Shown here: positions 28,021 through 40,855 of the stretch, piece after piece
How positions within the stretch are numbered: the stretch's first letter is position 1
How the letters are laid out: every line of letters begins with the position of its first letter
Source: Nitrospirota bacterium
GTDB taxonomy: Bacteria > Nitrospirota > UBA9217
Direction of reading: 5' to 3'
DNA: 64,000 nt
Assembly: GCA_963705595.1 (NCBI GenBank)
Contig: CAVPKD010000004.1
Coordinates: 67,111-131,110 of the forward strand
Notes under the pieces: model-generated
Database searches by the model: none
What the model was told of the DNA's origin: nothing
Seen by the model: the letters and a program-made list of their open reading frames with translations, nothing else
Translations under genes and position numbers: made by a program

Positions 28021-28959
28021 ATGATGAAGGCAAGGAAGTCACGAAATATCAAGAAAAAAGAATACTTTACCTTCATGTTTCTGCCCGGGCCTAGTGCCAA
28101 GGTAAGGACGTTAAGCATATCAAAATCCGTCATAAAGTCAGCGCTCCTCTCTGTGGCAGCGGTCATCCTTCTTTCTCTTTATCTAATTTACGAATACAAT
28201 GATGTGAAAGACAAGGTATGGGAACTCCAGTCGATGCGCGAGGAGTTGATGCAGCAAAAAGCACAGGTCCAGAATTTCGCACTCAACATCCTCGATTACA
28301 AGCGCCAGATGTTTCTCCTCCGCGATCTTGATACCAAGCTCCGTCGCGTTGTGAGCTTGGCACCCCGGGACAAGGCCCAGCAGGTGCTGGGCATAGGTGG
28401 ACCCGATGAGCTTGGTCTACAGAACTTGACCAGCATGGGAGAGAAAAGGCAGGATGAAGCGCTTAAAGAGATGCATCAGGAGCTGACGCAACTCAAAGGC
28501 GCGGCATCAAAGCAGGAAGCCAGCCTCCAGATGTTGATAGAATATTTCGAAGACAAACGTTCTCTCTATGCTTCGACCCCTTCCGTATGGCCTGTCAGGG
28601 GATGGGTAACTTCACCGTTCGGCAATAGAACCTCGCCGTTCAGCGGTATTCTGAAATTTCATGAAGGTATGGATATAGCCGCCCAGACTGGAACACCCGT
28701 GGTGACACCAGCTGATGGTGTTGTCATCAAGGCAGGTTTCAGCACGGGGTACGGCAATATGGTAGAGATCAGCCACGGCTACGGACTCAAGACGGTTTTC
28801 GGACATAATTCACGGCTCAATGTCAAGGCCGGCCAGCGGGTAAAGCGCGGTGATGTCATCTCCTACGTGGGAGATACAGGATCAAGCACGGGACCCCATC
28901 TCCACTATGAAGTCCGGGTAAATGGTCTGCCGGTGAACCCGGTAAAATACATGAACTAA
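28021..28959 (+). CDS. M23 (LytM) metallopeptidase with an N-terminal TM helix and coiled coil
   Basis: HEGMDIAAQTGTPV and GPHLHYEV motifs. GGAGGA RBS. Confidence 0.85.
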   Translation: MMKARKSRNIKKKEYFTFMFLPGPSAKVRTLSISKSVIKSALLSVAAVILLSLYLIYEYNDVKDKVWELQSMREELMQQKAQVQNFALNILDYKRQMFLLRDLDTKLRRVVSLAPRDKAQQVLGIGGPDELGLQNLTSMGEKRQDEALKEMHQELTQLKGAASKQEASLQMLIEYFEDKRSLYASTPSVWPVRGWVTSPFGNRTSPFSGILKFHEGMDIAAQTGTPVVTPADGVVIKAGFSTGYGNMVEISHGYGLKTVFGHNSRLNVKAGQRVKRGDVISYVGDTGSSTGPHLHYEVRVNGLPVNPVKYMN

Positions 28960-29193
28960 GAGGTTTTGACTGCGCAGGTTCTGCCCTGATCAAATCTTGC
29001 ATATGGCTTCTCATCCGTTATTACATACTATACGTCCTATACATCCAAACATAATTGGTCGGGAAAAAGAGCGTGGGGGATATGAAGGAGGCTCTTTCCC
29101 TTTGAACTAAAACCGTGTTCCGCCATGAGGTGCCCGGACCAGAAAAAAAGGCACCCGCCGACAGCGGAAACAAGCAAGGAGGGAGTAAGCATT

Positions 29194-29400
29194 ATGAATA
29201 CCGGGAAAGTGAAGTGGTTCAACGAATCGAAGGGGTACGGATTTATCGAGCCGGATGGAGGCGGAAGGGATGTATTCGTACACTATTCGGCGATCCAGGG
29301 AGAGGGATACAAGACGCTCGCCGAGGGTCAGCTTGTCGAGTTTGATATTACGCAGGGAGAAAAAGGTCCCCAGGCGTCAAATGTAATGAAGTCTTCCTAG
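29194..29400 (+). CDS. Cold-shock protein (CspA family)
   Basis: [34 protein letters not shown] (RNP1/RNP2 motifs). AAGGAGGG RBS. Confidence 0.9.
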   Translation: MNTGKVKWFNESKGYGFIEPDGGGRDVFVHYSAIQGEGYKTLAEGQLVEFDITQGEKGPQASNVMKSS

Positions 29401-29461
29401 CAAGATTACACCTGCGCGGGCTTCGCGCACGGTTAAAAGGCGTTTTACCAATAATAAAAGA

Positions 29462-29496
29462 CCCCCGAGGTGCCCCCATCTTCGGGGTTTTTGTTT
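29462..29496 (+). terminator. Rho-independent terminator after csp
   Basis: CCCCGAGG...CTTCGGGG stem followed by TTTTTGTTT. Confidence 0.6.
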
Positions 29497-29666
29497 GGTA
29501 TCCGACCGGATGTCAGCGATTTGCATCTCAGCAGCGCATGATATTTATATCGTAGCCGTTGTTTTTGAACGACTGCTGCAGATCCTTTTTCTTATAATTT
29601 AGCTGTTAATTACTATTGAAACCATATTGACAAAAAAAGAGGGGCACAAATTTATTACGCTAAATT

Positions 29667-29999
29667 TCATGTCCCTGTTAGGGTTTTTTTTCTGACAGCA
29701 TGTTGCTCGAACAGAACTTCCTTCATTAAGGCACATGCCTCTATGACCTTCGGATTCGAGACCCTGTAGTAGATATTTACTCCGACCCGCCTCGTCGTCA
29801 GAATGCCTTTGTGTCTCATCACCGCAAGATGCTGAGACACATTCGCCTTGGAAGCTCCGAGGGCTTCCACCAGTTCGGTTACCGTCTTTTCTTCATTTTT
29901 CAGGGTGTTCAGGATCTCGATTCTCTTTGGGTTTGTGAGGGTCTTGCAGATCTCGGCTTGCATTTCGAATAGTGATTTGTCGGTGAGAGTAGATTTCAT
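29667..29999 (-). CDS. ArsR/SmtB-family transcriptional regulator
   Basis: 110 aa. LTNPKRIEILNTL...TVTELVEALGASKANVSQHLAVMRHKGIL winged HTH. Confidence 0.85.
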   Translation of the reverse strand: MKSTLTDKSLFEMQAEICKTLTNPKRIEILNTLKNEEKTVTELVEALGASKANVSQHLAVMRHKGILTTRRVGVNIYYRVSNPKVIEACALMKEVLFEQHAVRKKTLTGT

Positions 30000-30220
30000 A
30001 GTAACTTTTTTATCATGTTCTACGTTTTTTTGTCAAGTAATAAATAACATCTTAAACAATATTTTATTATAAAACAATGGTTATATTTTCTTGTCGTCTT
30101 TAGTTTAGGAGCCCGATTAACTACTTTCGGAAAGTAAGCCGCAATCAAGGACGAGAGGAATGAAGCGTAAATTAAGCGACTACGTGCTTCGGTAATAACG
30201 GTGAAGGTTCTAGAGAAATG

Positions 30221-30229
30221 CTATAATAT
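30221..30229 (+). promoter_or_regulatory. Extended -10 element (TGCTATAAT) about 230 nt upstream of secA
   Basis: Exact TGnTATAAT match. No good -35 element. Confidence 0.3.
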
Positions 30230-30457
30230 CGAACTGCTCCTTTCGCCGCTCCGTGGCCTCCGCGGCAGCATTTCTAAAAATAAAGGAGTTTCACTGCCCC
30301 GGAGTTGCATCACCCTCGCTCCGAGGCTGTTCGTTGACTGATGACCTGCAATCGGACATCGAGCAGGTTTCCTGTTTGCCGATATCTTTCCCCTTGAATT
30401 TCCAGCTGAGAATGATTAAGATGAACGTTATTCCAAGAACGACCGGAGAAAAGACAG

Positions 30458-33100
<2,643 letters not shown>

Positions 33101-33106
33101 TGCATG

Positions 33107-33190
33107 TTGTCGGTTCGCATAGAGCGTGAAAATTGTTGTACAATGCGTGAAATTTTTTCGCGTAGGGTGTGAAAACAACTTTTTTGGGCA
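33107..33190 (+). repeat. Junction repeat J1 (starts 7 nt after the secA stop)
   Basis: TTGTCGGTTCGCATAGA followed by three ~21-bp units: GCGTGAAAATTGTTGTACAAT, GCGTGAAATTTTTTCGCGTAG and GGTGTGAAAACAACTTTTTTG. Homologous to 40116-40200. Confidence 0.55.
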
Positions 33191-33574
33191 TATTTGTGCT
33201 GTCTGTAAAGCCTGTTGTGCAAAAGCCAATAATGCTTTTCGCAATTTTTGTTATCCTGCTTTTAATCTCATTTACTACGTAAACCCAGTTGGGACCAGGG
33301 CTTTCCTTGAGAGGATTTATCCAGCTCTTACCAGTTTGCTTCTCTGTGGGGCAATTGGATTGATGGTCGGATACGGCCGTCCAATAAACCTGATTGATCT
33401 GGTTATGCTTTGTGCGATTAATAAAAAAAGATTTATTATAGGAAAGCAGCATTTATAATCTCCTGACCATAAGTCAAGAGGTAATCTTAACTAGCCCGCA
33501 ATCAGCAGTCCTTTAATTCGAAATGACAGGTTATGATTTTTTAGAAATCGTACAAATGAGTAGGGATAACATTT

Positions 33575-34723
33575 ATGAAAGATCTGACCATTTTGATGCC
33601 CTGCTTAAATGAAGCTGAGACCCTAGGAATCTGCATCGAACGGGCAAAAAAGCTGTTGGTCGATAATAATCTGAATGGAGAAATACTCGTTTCTGATAAT
33701 GGATCAACCGATGGAAGCCAAACCATTGCTCGTGCATTAGGAGCACGAGTAGTCGACTGTCCCAAACGTGGCTATGGGGCCGCACTTCAATGTGGAATCG
33801 AAAATGCTGAGGGCGAGTTTATTTTAATGGGAGATAGTGACGATAGCTATCACTTCGACGAAGCATTGCCGTTGGTCAATATGTTACGAGCGGGGTATGA
33901 TGTCTGCATGGGTACCAGATTAAGAGGCACAATAATGAAGAATGCCATGCCAAAGCTAAACAGATATCTCGGCAATCCTGTTTTAAGTACTACTGGGAAG
34001 GTCCTCTTCAAAACCGATCTTAGCGATTTTCACTGTGGAATGCGCGCTTTTAGAAAAGATAAACTACTTATGCTGAACCTCGTAACAACGGGCATGGAGT
34101 GGGCTTCTGAGATGGTAGTGAAAGCAACGCTGGCTGGGCTCAAAATGACGGAAGTTCCGATCACACTGTACAAGGACGGCCGCAGCAGGCCTCCACACCT
34201 AAGACGTTGGCGCGATGGATGGCGCCACCTGCGATTCATGCTGCTCCACGCACCAACCTGGCTGTTCACGATACCTGGCCTCGCCATGGTCACCATCGGC
34301 ATCCTGGGACAGGTGCTCCTGTATCATGGGATGGTGCAAGTCGGCACGGCGAAGCTCGACGTGCACACCATGCTGGTCATGTCGTTCCTTTCGATCCTCG
34401 GTGCTCAGGTGGTTTTTACCGGGCTCTTCGCACGGCTCTATAGCGGCCTGCACGGCATTTTGCCTTATGATGATAAATTTGAAAAAGCCATCAGGCGACT
34501 CACCCTCGAAAAACTTTTAATAATCGCTATGATCCTTGGATTGCTCGGTCTTGCCGGATTTATCTACACGATCTGGGAGTGGTACAAGGTAAATTTTTCC
34601 GAGCTCAATTATCAGGTCACTATGCGCCAGTTGATCCCCTCGCTCTCTCTCATGACAATCGCGGTCCAAGGGATCTTTAATGGATTCATGCTTTCGATCC
34701 TCTTCCTGAAAACGAGCAAATAG
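33575..34723 (+). CDS. GT2-family glycosyltransferase with C-terminal TM helices (polyprenyl-phosphate sugar synthase-like)
   Basis: ILMPCLNEAETL, VSDNGSTDGS and LMGDSDDSY (DxD) motifs. Four C-terminal hydrophobic helices. 382 aa. Confidence 0.85.
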   Translation: MKDLTILMPCLNEAETLGICIERAKKLLVDNNLNGEILVSDNGSTDGSQTIARALGARVVDCPKRGYGAALQCGIENAEGEFILMGDSDDSYHFDEALPLVNMLRAGYDVCMGTRLRGTIMKNAMPKLNRYLGNPVLSTTGKVLFKTDLSDFHCGMRAFRKDKLLMLNLVTTGMEWASEMVVKATLAGLKMTEVPITLYKDGRSRPPHLRRWRDGWRHLRFMLLHAPTWLFTIPGLAMVTIGILGQVLLYHGMVQVGTAKLDVHTMLVMSFLSILGAQVVFTGLFARLYSGLHGILPYDDKFEKAIRRLTLEKLLIIAMILGLLGLAGFIYTIWEWYKVNFSELNYQVTMRQLIPSLSLMTIAVQGIFNGFMLSILFLKTSK

Positions 34724-34790
34724 TTCATCTCGATCCCAGGATAGAACTATCTCTCACATGATGACAGCCAGGTAATCATATGGCAGGATA

Positions 34791-35336
34791 ATGCGAAGAC
34801 TAGATTATTTTTTACAAAAATGGCGATATTCTGTTGTGGACCCGTTTATCCCCTCGGGATGTGACCTGCTGGACATTGGGGGCTTTGACGGTTCTTTCTT
34901 AATGCGAGTTTATGAGAAAATCCGCAGTGGTGTCTGTATTGACCCACATCTCGAAGAAAAAAGCGACAACAAGATAAAGTTTGTTAAGGCTCGCATCGAT
35001 GGGATTCTTCCTTTCCCGGATGATGCATTCGATGTTATTACCATGTTTGCTGTATATGAGCATTTAGGAGAACAGAGAAACCTCATTACGTCTGAATCAT
35101 TTAGGGTTTGCAGGAAGAATGGACTTGTCCTGTTAACGGTGCCGTCAAACGCGGTTGATGCTATTCTTAAGATTTTAGTGAAAATAAGGCTGATCGATGG
35201 CATGTCGATCGAAGAGCATCACCACTTCAAAGCATCGGAGACCGTCAGGATATTCGAGGGCGCTGGTTTTACGTTAAAACGCTGGTCTCGATTCCAGATG
35301 GGATTAAATAATCTGTTTATATTTCAAAAAAAGTGA
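34791..35336 (+). CDS. Class I SAM-dependent methyltransferase
   Basis: LLDIGGFDGSF (motif I), FDVITMFAVYEHL, GLVLLTVP. 181 aa. Confidence 0.8.
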   Translation: MRRLDYFLQKWRYSVVDPFIPSGCDLLDIGGFDGSFLMRVYEKIRSGVCIDPHLEEKSDNKIKFVKARIDGILPFPDDAFDVITMFAVYEHLGEQRNLITSESFRVCRKNGLVLLTVPSNAVDAILKILVKIRLIDGMSIEEHHHFKASETVRIFEGAGFTLKRWSRFQMGLNNLFIFQKK

Positions 35337-35350
35337 TGGCATAATCGTCA

Positions 35351-36952
35351 ATGAAACCTACTTCACAGATAAGAATTGACATGGTCATGGTGATATTGCT
35401 CCTAGGCTCCGTTGTTGCCGGCGTTTTAGTTCTGACAGCACATTTGCACGTTTTGGCAGAACCATTTGACGCGGAACCGCACGCCTGGGGTAGTGCGCAC
35501 TTCGCCACGATAGCACGCACCTATGCTGAGCAGGGCTTTATGGCATTGAAGGGACTTCCCATTGGTAACAATCCACCGCTTGGTCGTGAGCCAGATGCTT
35601 ATATTCATTGGCCCCCGCTATTTTCTATGGTGCTTAGTATGGTATTTAGAGTGTTCGGCATTTCAGAGGCAGTTGCACGCGGGTTCATGCTTTTTATAGG
35701 GGCAGGTGTGGTAATCGCTACAGGATGGCTTGCAAAGCTCTGTTATGGTCCACGTGCAGGTGTTGCTGCAATTTTTAGTATATTGACCGTCCCGGTATTC
35801 TGCGCCAATGTTTGTCTGGTACAGCTCACAACATTGGGCATTTTTTTCATGCTCCTTGCATTCATTAGCTTTTTGAAGGCCACAGCGGATGATACTCTCA
35901 AAAAACACTGGATGTGGTACGGTCTCATAGCGATGTTTCTATCAGTCTCGTCGTCGTGGGAACCTGCACTACTCGCGTTCGGTTTGTTGCTGAATTCACT
36001 GATCCAGCGCAACGCCACCCGGATCCGTCTTTCTTTAGCCTACTGTGGCACGGCATTACTGAGCATTGCATTAATCACGAGTTTTTACTTTATTTCCATG
36101 CCGAGCCTCGCAGACGATATTTTACAGACTGTACTCTTTAGAGCAGGTTTTGGCGTTTACAACAAACCGATGCATCTACCGATCCACTCGTTGGTAAACA
36201 GCAATTACTACCAGTTTCAGCCGACGATGCTTGAATTTTTGCATCGATATTATTGGCAGTTTACTGTATTCGTAGGGTGGCCATACATATTTGCCACCCT
36301 CCTGGGCCTGGCGCTCTCGCTTCTTTACAGGCAAAGAATTTCTCAGGACTCACTAAATATACCCGCAGTTCTTCTGACACCTGTTGTCCTGTGGTACGTC
36401 TTGATGTCCCATCAAACCATTGACAATGAATTCGAGATTCTTTTATCAATGCCTTTGGTTGCAATCTGTTTCGGACTTCTTCTGTCAAACGGGTGGGATG
36501 TTTTGCGCGAAAAAGTTTCGGAAAAAATACGACCATTCCTTATCGTGCCAATTCTGGTTATAATAATAGTATTAGTTCTACCGGTTTGGAGATTTAATCG
36601 TAGTATTTATAATCTTTATAATCAACGACTTCAGCCGACAGGTATGCTAGCATACGCGCAAGATATCCAGAACAATACCGAACCGAATGCAGTGGTTATA
36701 TCGCCGATCCCTTCTATGGTACCGGTTTTCTACTCTCATCGTCACATTATTCGCGGCATCTCTGATAACAAATCCTTTCAGTACGTCATGGAACGGGTTG
36801 GTTCCGACTTTCCAGGCTCTCCGGTATACCTCGCGCTTCCTGGTGATATTGCTAATGTCTCTGCGCGAGCCTTTAGAGAAATGCACGTCGTGATCCGGAG
36901 TGAACATTTGCTATTGATTTTGGTGAGTCAGGGAACCTTCACCTCACTATAG
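35351..36952 (+). CDS. Polytopic GT-C-fold glycosyltransferase (ArnT/PMT_2-like)
   Basis: 533 aa with more than 10 predicted TM helices. The first loop has EPDAYIHWPPLFSM (acidic residue plus hPPL motif). Confidence 0.7.
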   Translation: MKPTSQIRIDMVMVILLLGSVVAGVLVLTAHLHVLAEPFDAEPHAWGSAHFATIARTYAEQGFMALKGLPIGNNPPLGREPDAYIHWPPLFSMVLSMVFRVFGISEAVARGFMLFIGAGVVIATGWLAKLCYGPRAGVAAIFSILTVPVFCANVCLVQLTTLGIFFMLLAFISFLKATADDTLKKHWMWYGLIAMFLSVSSSWEPALLAFGLLLNSLIQRNATRIRLSLAYCGTALLSIALITSFYFISMPSLADDILQTVLFRAGFGVYNKPMHLPIHSLVNSNYYQFQPTMLEFLHRYYWQFTVFVGWPYIFATLLGLALSLLYRQRISQDSLNIPAVLLTPVVLWYVLMSHQTIDNEFEILLSMPLVAICFGLLLSNGWDVLREKVSEKIRPFLIVPILVIIIVLVLPVWRFNRSIYNLYNQRLQPTGMLAYAQDIQNNTEPNAVVISPIPSMVPVFYSHRHIIRGISDNKSFQYVMERVGSDFPGSPVYLALPGDIANVSARAFREMHVVIRSEHLLLILVSQGTFTSL

Positions 36953-37058
36953 CTTGCAAATGATATATTTCAATATCGCCGCAGTATCGTTTCGAGTATC
37001 GTCTGAATGATTAGGTTTTTTGCCTTGATAATTCCCCACAACGGTGCTATTTATTCAC

Positions 37059-39482
37059 ATGCCAAGAAAACAACTTCCAACTTTTGTGCTGCAAATACTT
37101 TTTTTATCGTCGGTATTTGTTCTTGCGCTTATAAAAATCGAAGATCCCGATGTCTGGATACACCTCTCGTTCGGGAGGCTGATCTGGAACCTCAAGGGTT
37201 TGCCGGCGACTGAACCTTTTCTCTACACTATGCAGGGTGAGCCATTTTCCTACAGTTCATGGCTCTTTGGAGTCATCTATTATGCAGCATACCATGCGCT
37301 CAATGTATACGGCGTAATCCTGCTAAAGGCGATCACAGTCACCGCAGCCTTTTATATTTTACTTAGAGATGCCCTGAGACCCTATAAGCATCCTATTGTT
37401 GCAATCATCGTGATGCCACTTATCGTCATCATGGTCAGACACCGCTTTGTGGAAAGGCCTGATACGTTCATAATGGTCTTTCTCTCCTTTTCCATCTTCA
37501 GCCTGAATGCTTTTATTTATGATGAGAAAAAATATTTATTCGCTCTCCCTTTTGTCCATATACTCTGGGCGAATAGCCATTCCAGCATCCCCCTGATGTT
37601 TGTGCCCTTTATGGCCTTTATCATCGGTGGCTCCTTACAACGGTATGCTGCCACGATTAATCCACGGTTCGTGAACGGGCCGTCATTCTCTCAGCTTAAG
37701 ACCATTACATTGGTTTTTATTGCATCTTTCGCAGCTTCCCTTATTAGCCCTTATTTTATCAGTCAATTTTTTTTTAGTACTCAATTTCTCTCGACTGATA
37801 TTTTAAAACAAGAAATCGTGGAACTCATGCCTCCGACATGGCAGACCATGAAATGGCCGTTTATTATAGCCCCGGCAGTGATTCTTTCATTCATCCTGAG
37901 CATGAAACGCATCCAGCTGGTTCATCTGCTTCTTGTGATACCATTTATAATCCTTTCTTTTATATCGAGCCGTTTTGCTTTTTTACCCTGTATCGTTGCT
38001 GGTCCTATCATATCGAGACATATCACCGCAGCTCTCTTGGAAACGAAATGGTGGAATAGGTTCTCTTCCAAGACACTTGTCTCCACGAGTGTTGCAGTTT
38101 GGATCTTTCTCTATACTACTCTTGTCTTCGCCAGGGTAGAACCATTTGTTGATACCCATGTTGTCGACACAAAAAATTTCGGTTTCGGCATAAATTATGA
38201 TTGCTATCCCGAAGGAGCTTTACATTATATGGATAAACGAAAAATAACGGGGAGGATATTTAACGACTTCGCGTGGGGACAATATATAACCTGGAGAGAC
38301 TATCCGACAAGAGCGGTATTTATAGACGGTAGGGGCTATCTACGGGGCGATCTCCTGGAAGCGATGGTCATGGTGCCAGACCAGCCTGACCTTTTGGAAG
38401 AGCTATATAAAACATACGGTTTTGAATCTATTCTTGTTAAATATCCTGATCCTGAGCCAAAGTTAGCATTTTACGATTGGGGCAGCAATTCAGCAATGTC
38501 CTATCCAGGATGGGCTCTAGTATATTGGGATGATCTCTCTCTTATTTATTTGAAGAAAGGAGGAAAATACGATTCGGTGATAAAGGAAGATGAATATCAG
38601 TATGTGAACCCGGCAAAAGAAAGCGCTACGTCGATGCTACACACTGAAGACAATCAAAATCATATCTTCAGAGAATTACAGCGCAATATCGAGGAGACAG
38701 GCTCATCAAAAGCGTATGTCTTCTTAGGTTCGTGGTATATAGGGAGGGGGTTGTACCAGCAGGCCATAGAGACGTTTTCCCATGTGCGGGCCTTTCCAGC
38801 GGTAAAGGACCCTCTCCTGGATCGTTACGGCGGAATTGGATATGCGTATAGTCAACTCGGCAATCTTGATGAAGCCCTACGCACTTACAAGCAATCCCTT
38901 GACCTCCCATTAGTTTCGGGTATCTACTGTTCTAATATCGGCAATATATATCTCAGAAAAAACGACAAAAAAAATGCGATAAAATATTTCGAAAAGGCCC
39001 TCAAAATTGACAGAAATATTGTCTCTGTATATCCCTTACTTATATCCCTCTATCACGAATTGAACAGGACATCTGATGCAAAGCGCACAGAGGAGCGTTA
39101 CAAGAGCGCCCTAATCGTAAAAGATGGCGAAGAGCATAATAACCTCGGGAGAAAAGCCTATGCGGATGGACGTATTGATATCGCCATAGATGAGTTTAAA
39201 AGGGCCATAGAAATTAACCCTTCAAATCCAGCTTTTTATAGCAATCTGGGGCGTGTCTACTTCAACAGCGGTGTGATGAAACCAGCTTACGAATACCAGC
39301 AAAGGGCTCTTGAGATAGACCCAAACTATGCCATGGCCTACTACTGGCTCGGTCAAATTTATAGAAATTCGGGAAATGCGGCAATGGCAAGAAAGTGTTT
39401 CGAAGAATATCGCCGAATCGAGCCAAACGGATACTTGTCGAGAAAAGCAAAGCAATACATAAAAGACCTATCGGAATCGTAA
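37059..39482 (+). CDS. Polytopic membrane protein (GT-C-like) with a C-terminal TPR array
   Basis: The first loop has IEDPDVWIHLSFGRLIW. About 11 TM helices, then TPR repeats (AYVFLGSWYIGRGLYQQAIETF...AYYWLGQIYRNSGNAAMARKCFEEY). ATG at 37059 chosen over GTG at 37044. Confidence 0.75.
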   Translation: MPRKQLPTFVLQILFLSSVFVLALIKIEDPDVWIHLSFGRLIWNLKGLPATEPFLYTMQGEPFSYSSWLFGVIYYAAYHALNVYGVILLKAITVTAAFYILLRDALRPYKHPIVAIIVMPLIVIMVRHRFVERPDTFIMVFLSFSIFSLNAFIYDEKKYLFALPFVHILWANSHSSIPLMFVPFMAFIIGGSLQRYAATINPRFVNGPSFSQLKTITLVFIASFAASLISPYFISQFFFSTQFLSTDILKQEIVELMPPTWQTMKWPFIIAPAVILSFILSMKRIQLVHLLLVIPFIILSFISSRFAFLPCIVAGPIISRHITAALLETKWWNRFSSKTLVSTSVAVWIFLYTTLVFARVEPFVDTHVVDTKNFGFGINYDCYPEGALHYMDKRKITGRIFNDFAWGQYITWRDYPTRAVFIDGRGYLRGDLLEAMVMVPDQPDLLEELYKTYGFESILVKYPDPEPKLAFYDWGSNSAMSYPGWALVYWDDLSLIYLKKGGKYDSVIKEDEYQYVNPAKESATSMLHTEDNQNHIFRELQRNIEETGSSKAYVFLGSWYIGRGLYQQAIETFSHVRAFPAVKDPLLDRYGGIGYAYSQLGNLDEALRTYKQSLDLPLVSGIYCSNIGNIYLRKNDKKNAIKYFEKALKIDRNIVSVYPLLISLYHELNRTSDAKRTEERYKSALIVKDGEEHNNLGRKAYADGRIDIAIDEFKRAIEINPSNPAFYSNLGRVYFNSGVMKPAYEYQQRALEIDPNYAMAYYWLGQIYRNSGNAAMARKCFEEYRRIEPNGYLSRKAKQYIKDLSES

Positions 39483-39535
39483 GGGATAGCTATAAGAAGA
39501 TGCTATTATAACGTAGTGTGCAGAGCCGTCATGTG

Positions 39536-39647
39536 AGGGGGACCGGAAGAATCCCTTATCCACACCGAAGCCATCGGCGTAGCCGTGGCTGCACAGCGTG
39601 TTCATGCTGTGATAACAAGTCCGGCGGCTTGCCGCGGGGTTCTTGAA
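39536..39647 (+). repeat. GC-rich multi-hairpin repeat, copy B
   Basis: GCCATCGGCGTAGCCGTGGC (39570-39589), CACAGC..GCTGTG, TCCGGCGG-cttg-CCGCGGGG, then TTCTTGA. About 80% identical to copy A by hand alignment. Confidence 0.7.
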
Positions 39648-39920
39648 AATGCAAGATGTTAAAATGAGGATGATTTATTAGACAGAAAAGTAAGAACTTC
39701 ATTGTCAACCTTCGTGCTTGTAGGTGAATCTCACAGCTTGTAATCCTTTTATTCAGTGCTTTTATTTAGGGCAAACTGCACACTATAGGTTTCTGTGATA
39801 ATGGACGGGAAAACGATAGATCTTTTTTAAAAACTTGGTGAGATTGAGTCGGATGATTCGTCGTCGGGTTCATCAGTCAGAAGCGATCTTTATATAAAAG
39901 CACTTTCCCTCTCTTCAGAA

Positions 39921-40200
39921 TAAAATGATTTACATATCTATATGAAATCGTTATAATATTCGTCGAGCACATTATTATTTTAAACTATCTGCGAATTTTA
40001 TGGGTTTATTTCACTCTTTGTGCGAAATTATTTCAAACGTCATTGCGAAATTTATCCGTATCATACTGATTATCAATAAAGCAAAATTTCACGATATACG
40101 CGAACGGACACCATTTTGTCGGTTCGCACAGAATATGAAATTTCGTCCACAGCATGTAAGATATTTTGCACAAAAGATGAAATTGTTTTTTTTAGGCAGC
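39921..40200 (+). repeat. Junction repeat J2 (homologous to J3 over its 5' part and to J1 over its 3' part)
   Basis: Shares TTTACATATCTAT..GAAATCGTTATAATATT, GGTTTATTTCAC and TCATTGCGAAAT with 43084-43215. Shares TTGTCGGTTCGCACAGA plus phased TGAAA units with 33107-33190. Confidence 0.6.
39929..39957 (+). promoter_or_regulatory. Near-consensus sigma70 promoter inside J2
   Basis: TTTACA, 17 nt, TATAAT. The identical arrangement is conserved in J3. Confidence 0.4.
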
Positions 40201-40573
40201 TTCAGCGATGCGGAGCTGCCTAACTCCTATGAAGTTACCCCTAAAATCAATCCATTTCTTTTCTTGCCCTTTATCCCACTTGTAGTAAAGTTCTCAATAA
40301 GTTGTGTAAATAGTTATAGTTGGGGAGCGGTATGATTATTTTGAAATCCATCAAGAAAAAAAAGATTATCCAGTCCGGAACGAGCGTGATTAGGCTAAGT
40401 TCCGCGATTCGACGGAATATCCGACGCTAGCCCACGGTAGAATGTGTTTTTCCGGTAGAAACTGAACCTGATTAAGAATGTGAAATTCACCAGCCAGGAA
40501 ATCTTATCGTCATTTGAAGCCTAATCAGTCGTTTGCCATTAATTGGCTCTTGTAGTCGCAAGACAAAAGGCCA

Positions 40574-40832
40574 CATGGAGACCATTATGCCCCACACCGT
40601 TCTGTAACGCGGGGGCAAGGAAAAGCTGAACCGCGAGATCTTTATTAATGACGACGTGATCGAGGCGATCATTAGTCTGCCACCTGGCCTGTTTTACGGC
40701 ATCGGCATTCCCGCCTGCGCGCTCGTGTGCAACAAGAATAAACCCAATAGTATAATGGACAAGGTGTACTGTTCATCAATAGATTTAGGAAGAGTGATCA
40801 GTGGCGCTAATTATGCGAGGCCACCATCTTGA
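40574..40832 (+). pseudogene. Remnant of the C-terminal part of an N6-adenine DNA methyltransferase (HsdM/PF02384-type)
   Basis: Reads MPHTVL*RGGKEKLNREIFINDDVIEAIISLPPGLFYGIGIPACALVCNKNKP...VYCSSID. This resembles the HsdM pattern GVLFRGG...IR..L......L.AVI.LP..LFY.TGIP.CI.VL.K.K....V.FIDAS. Internal TAA at 40604-40606 and no N-terminal catalytic part. Confidence 0.6.
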
Positions 40833-40855
40833 CATCCTAGCGATGGAGAGAGGAC

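Noticed and set aside
40000-40335. 111-aa + ORF inside junction repeat J2
   Set aside because: The homologous J1 sequence has a stop in the same frame (CRFA*SVKIV versus CRFAQNMKF), and the substitutions are not codon-like. It is noncoding repeat sequence.
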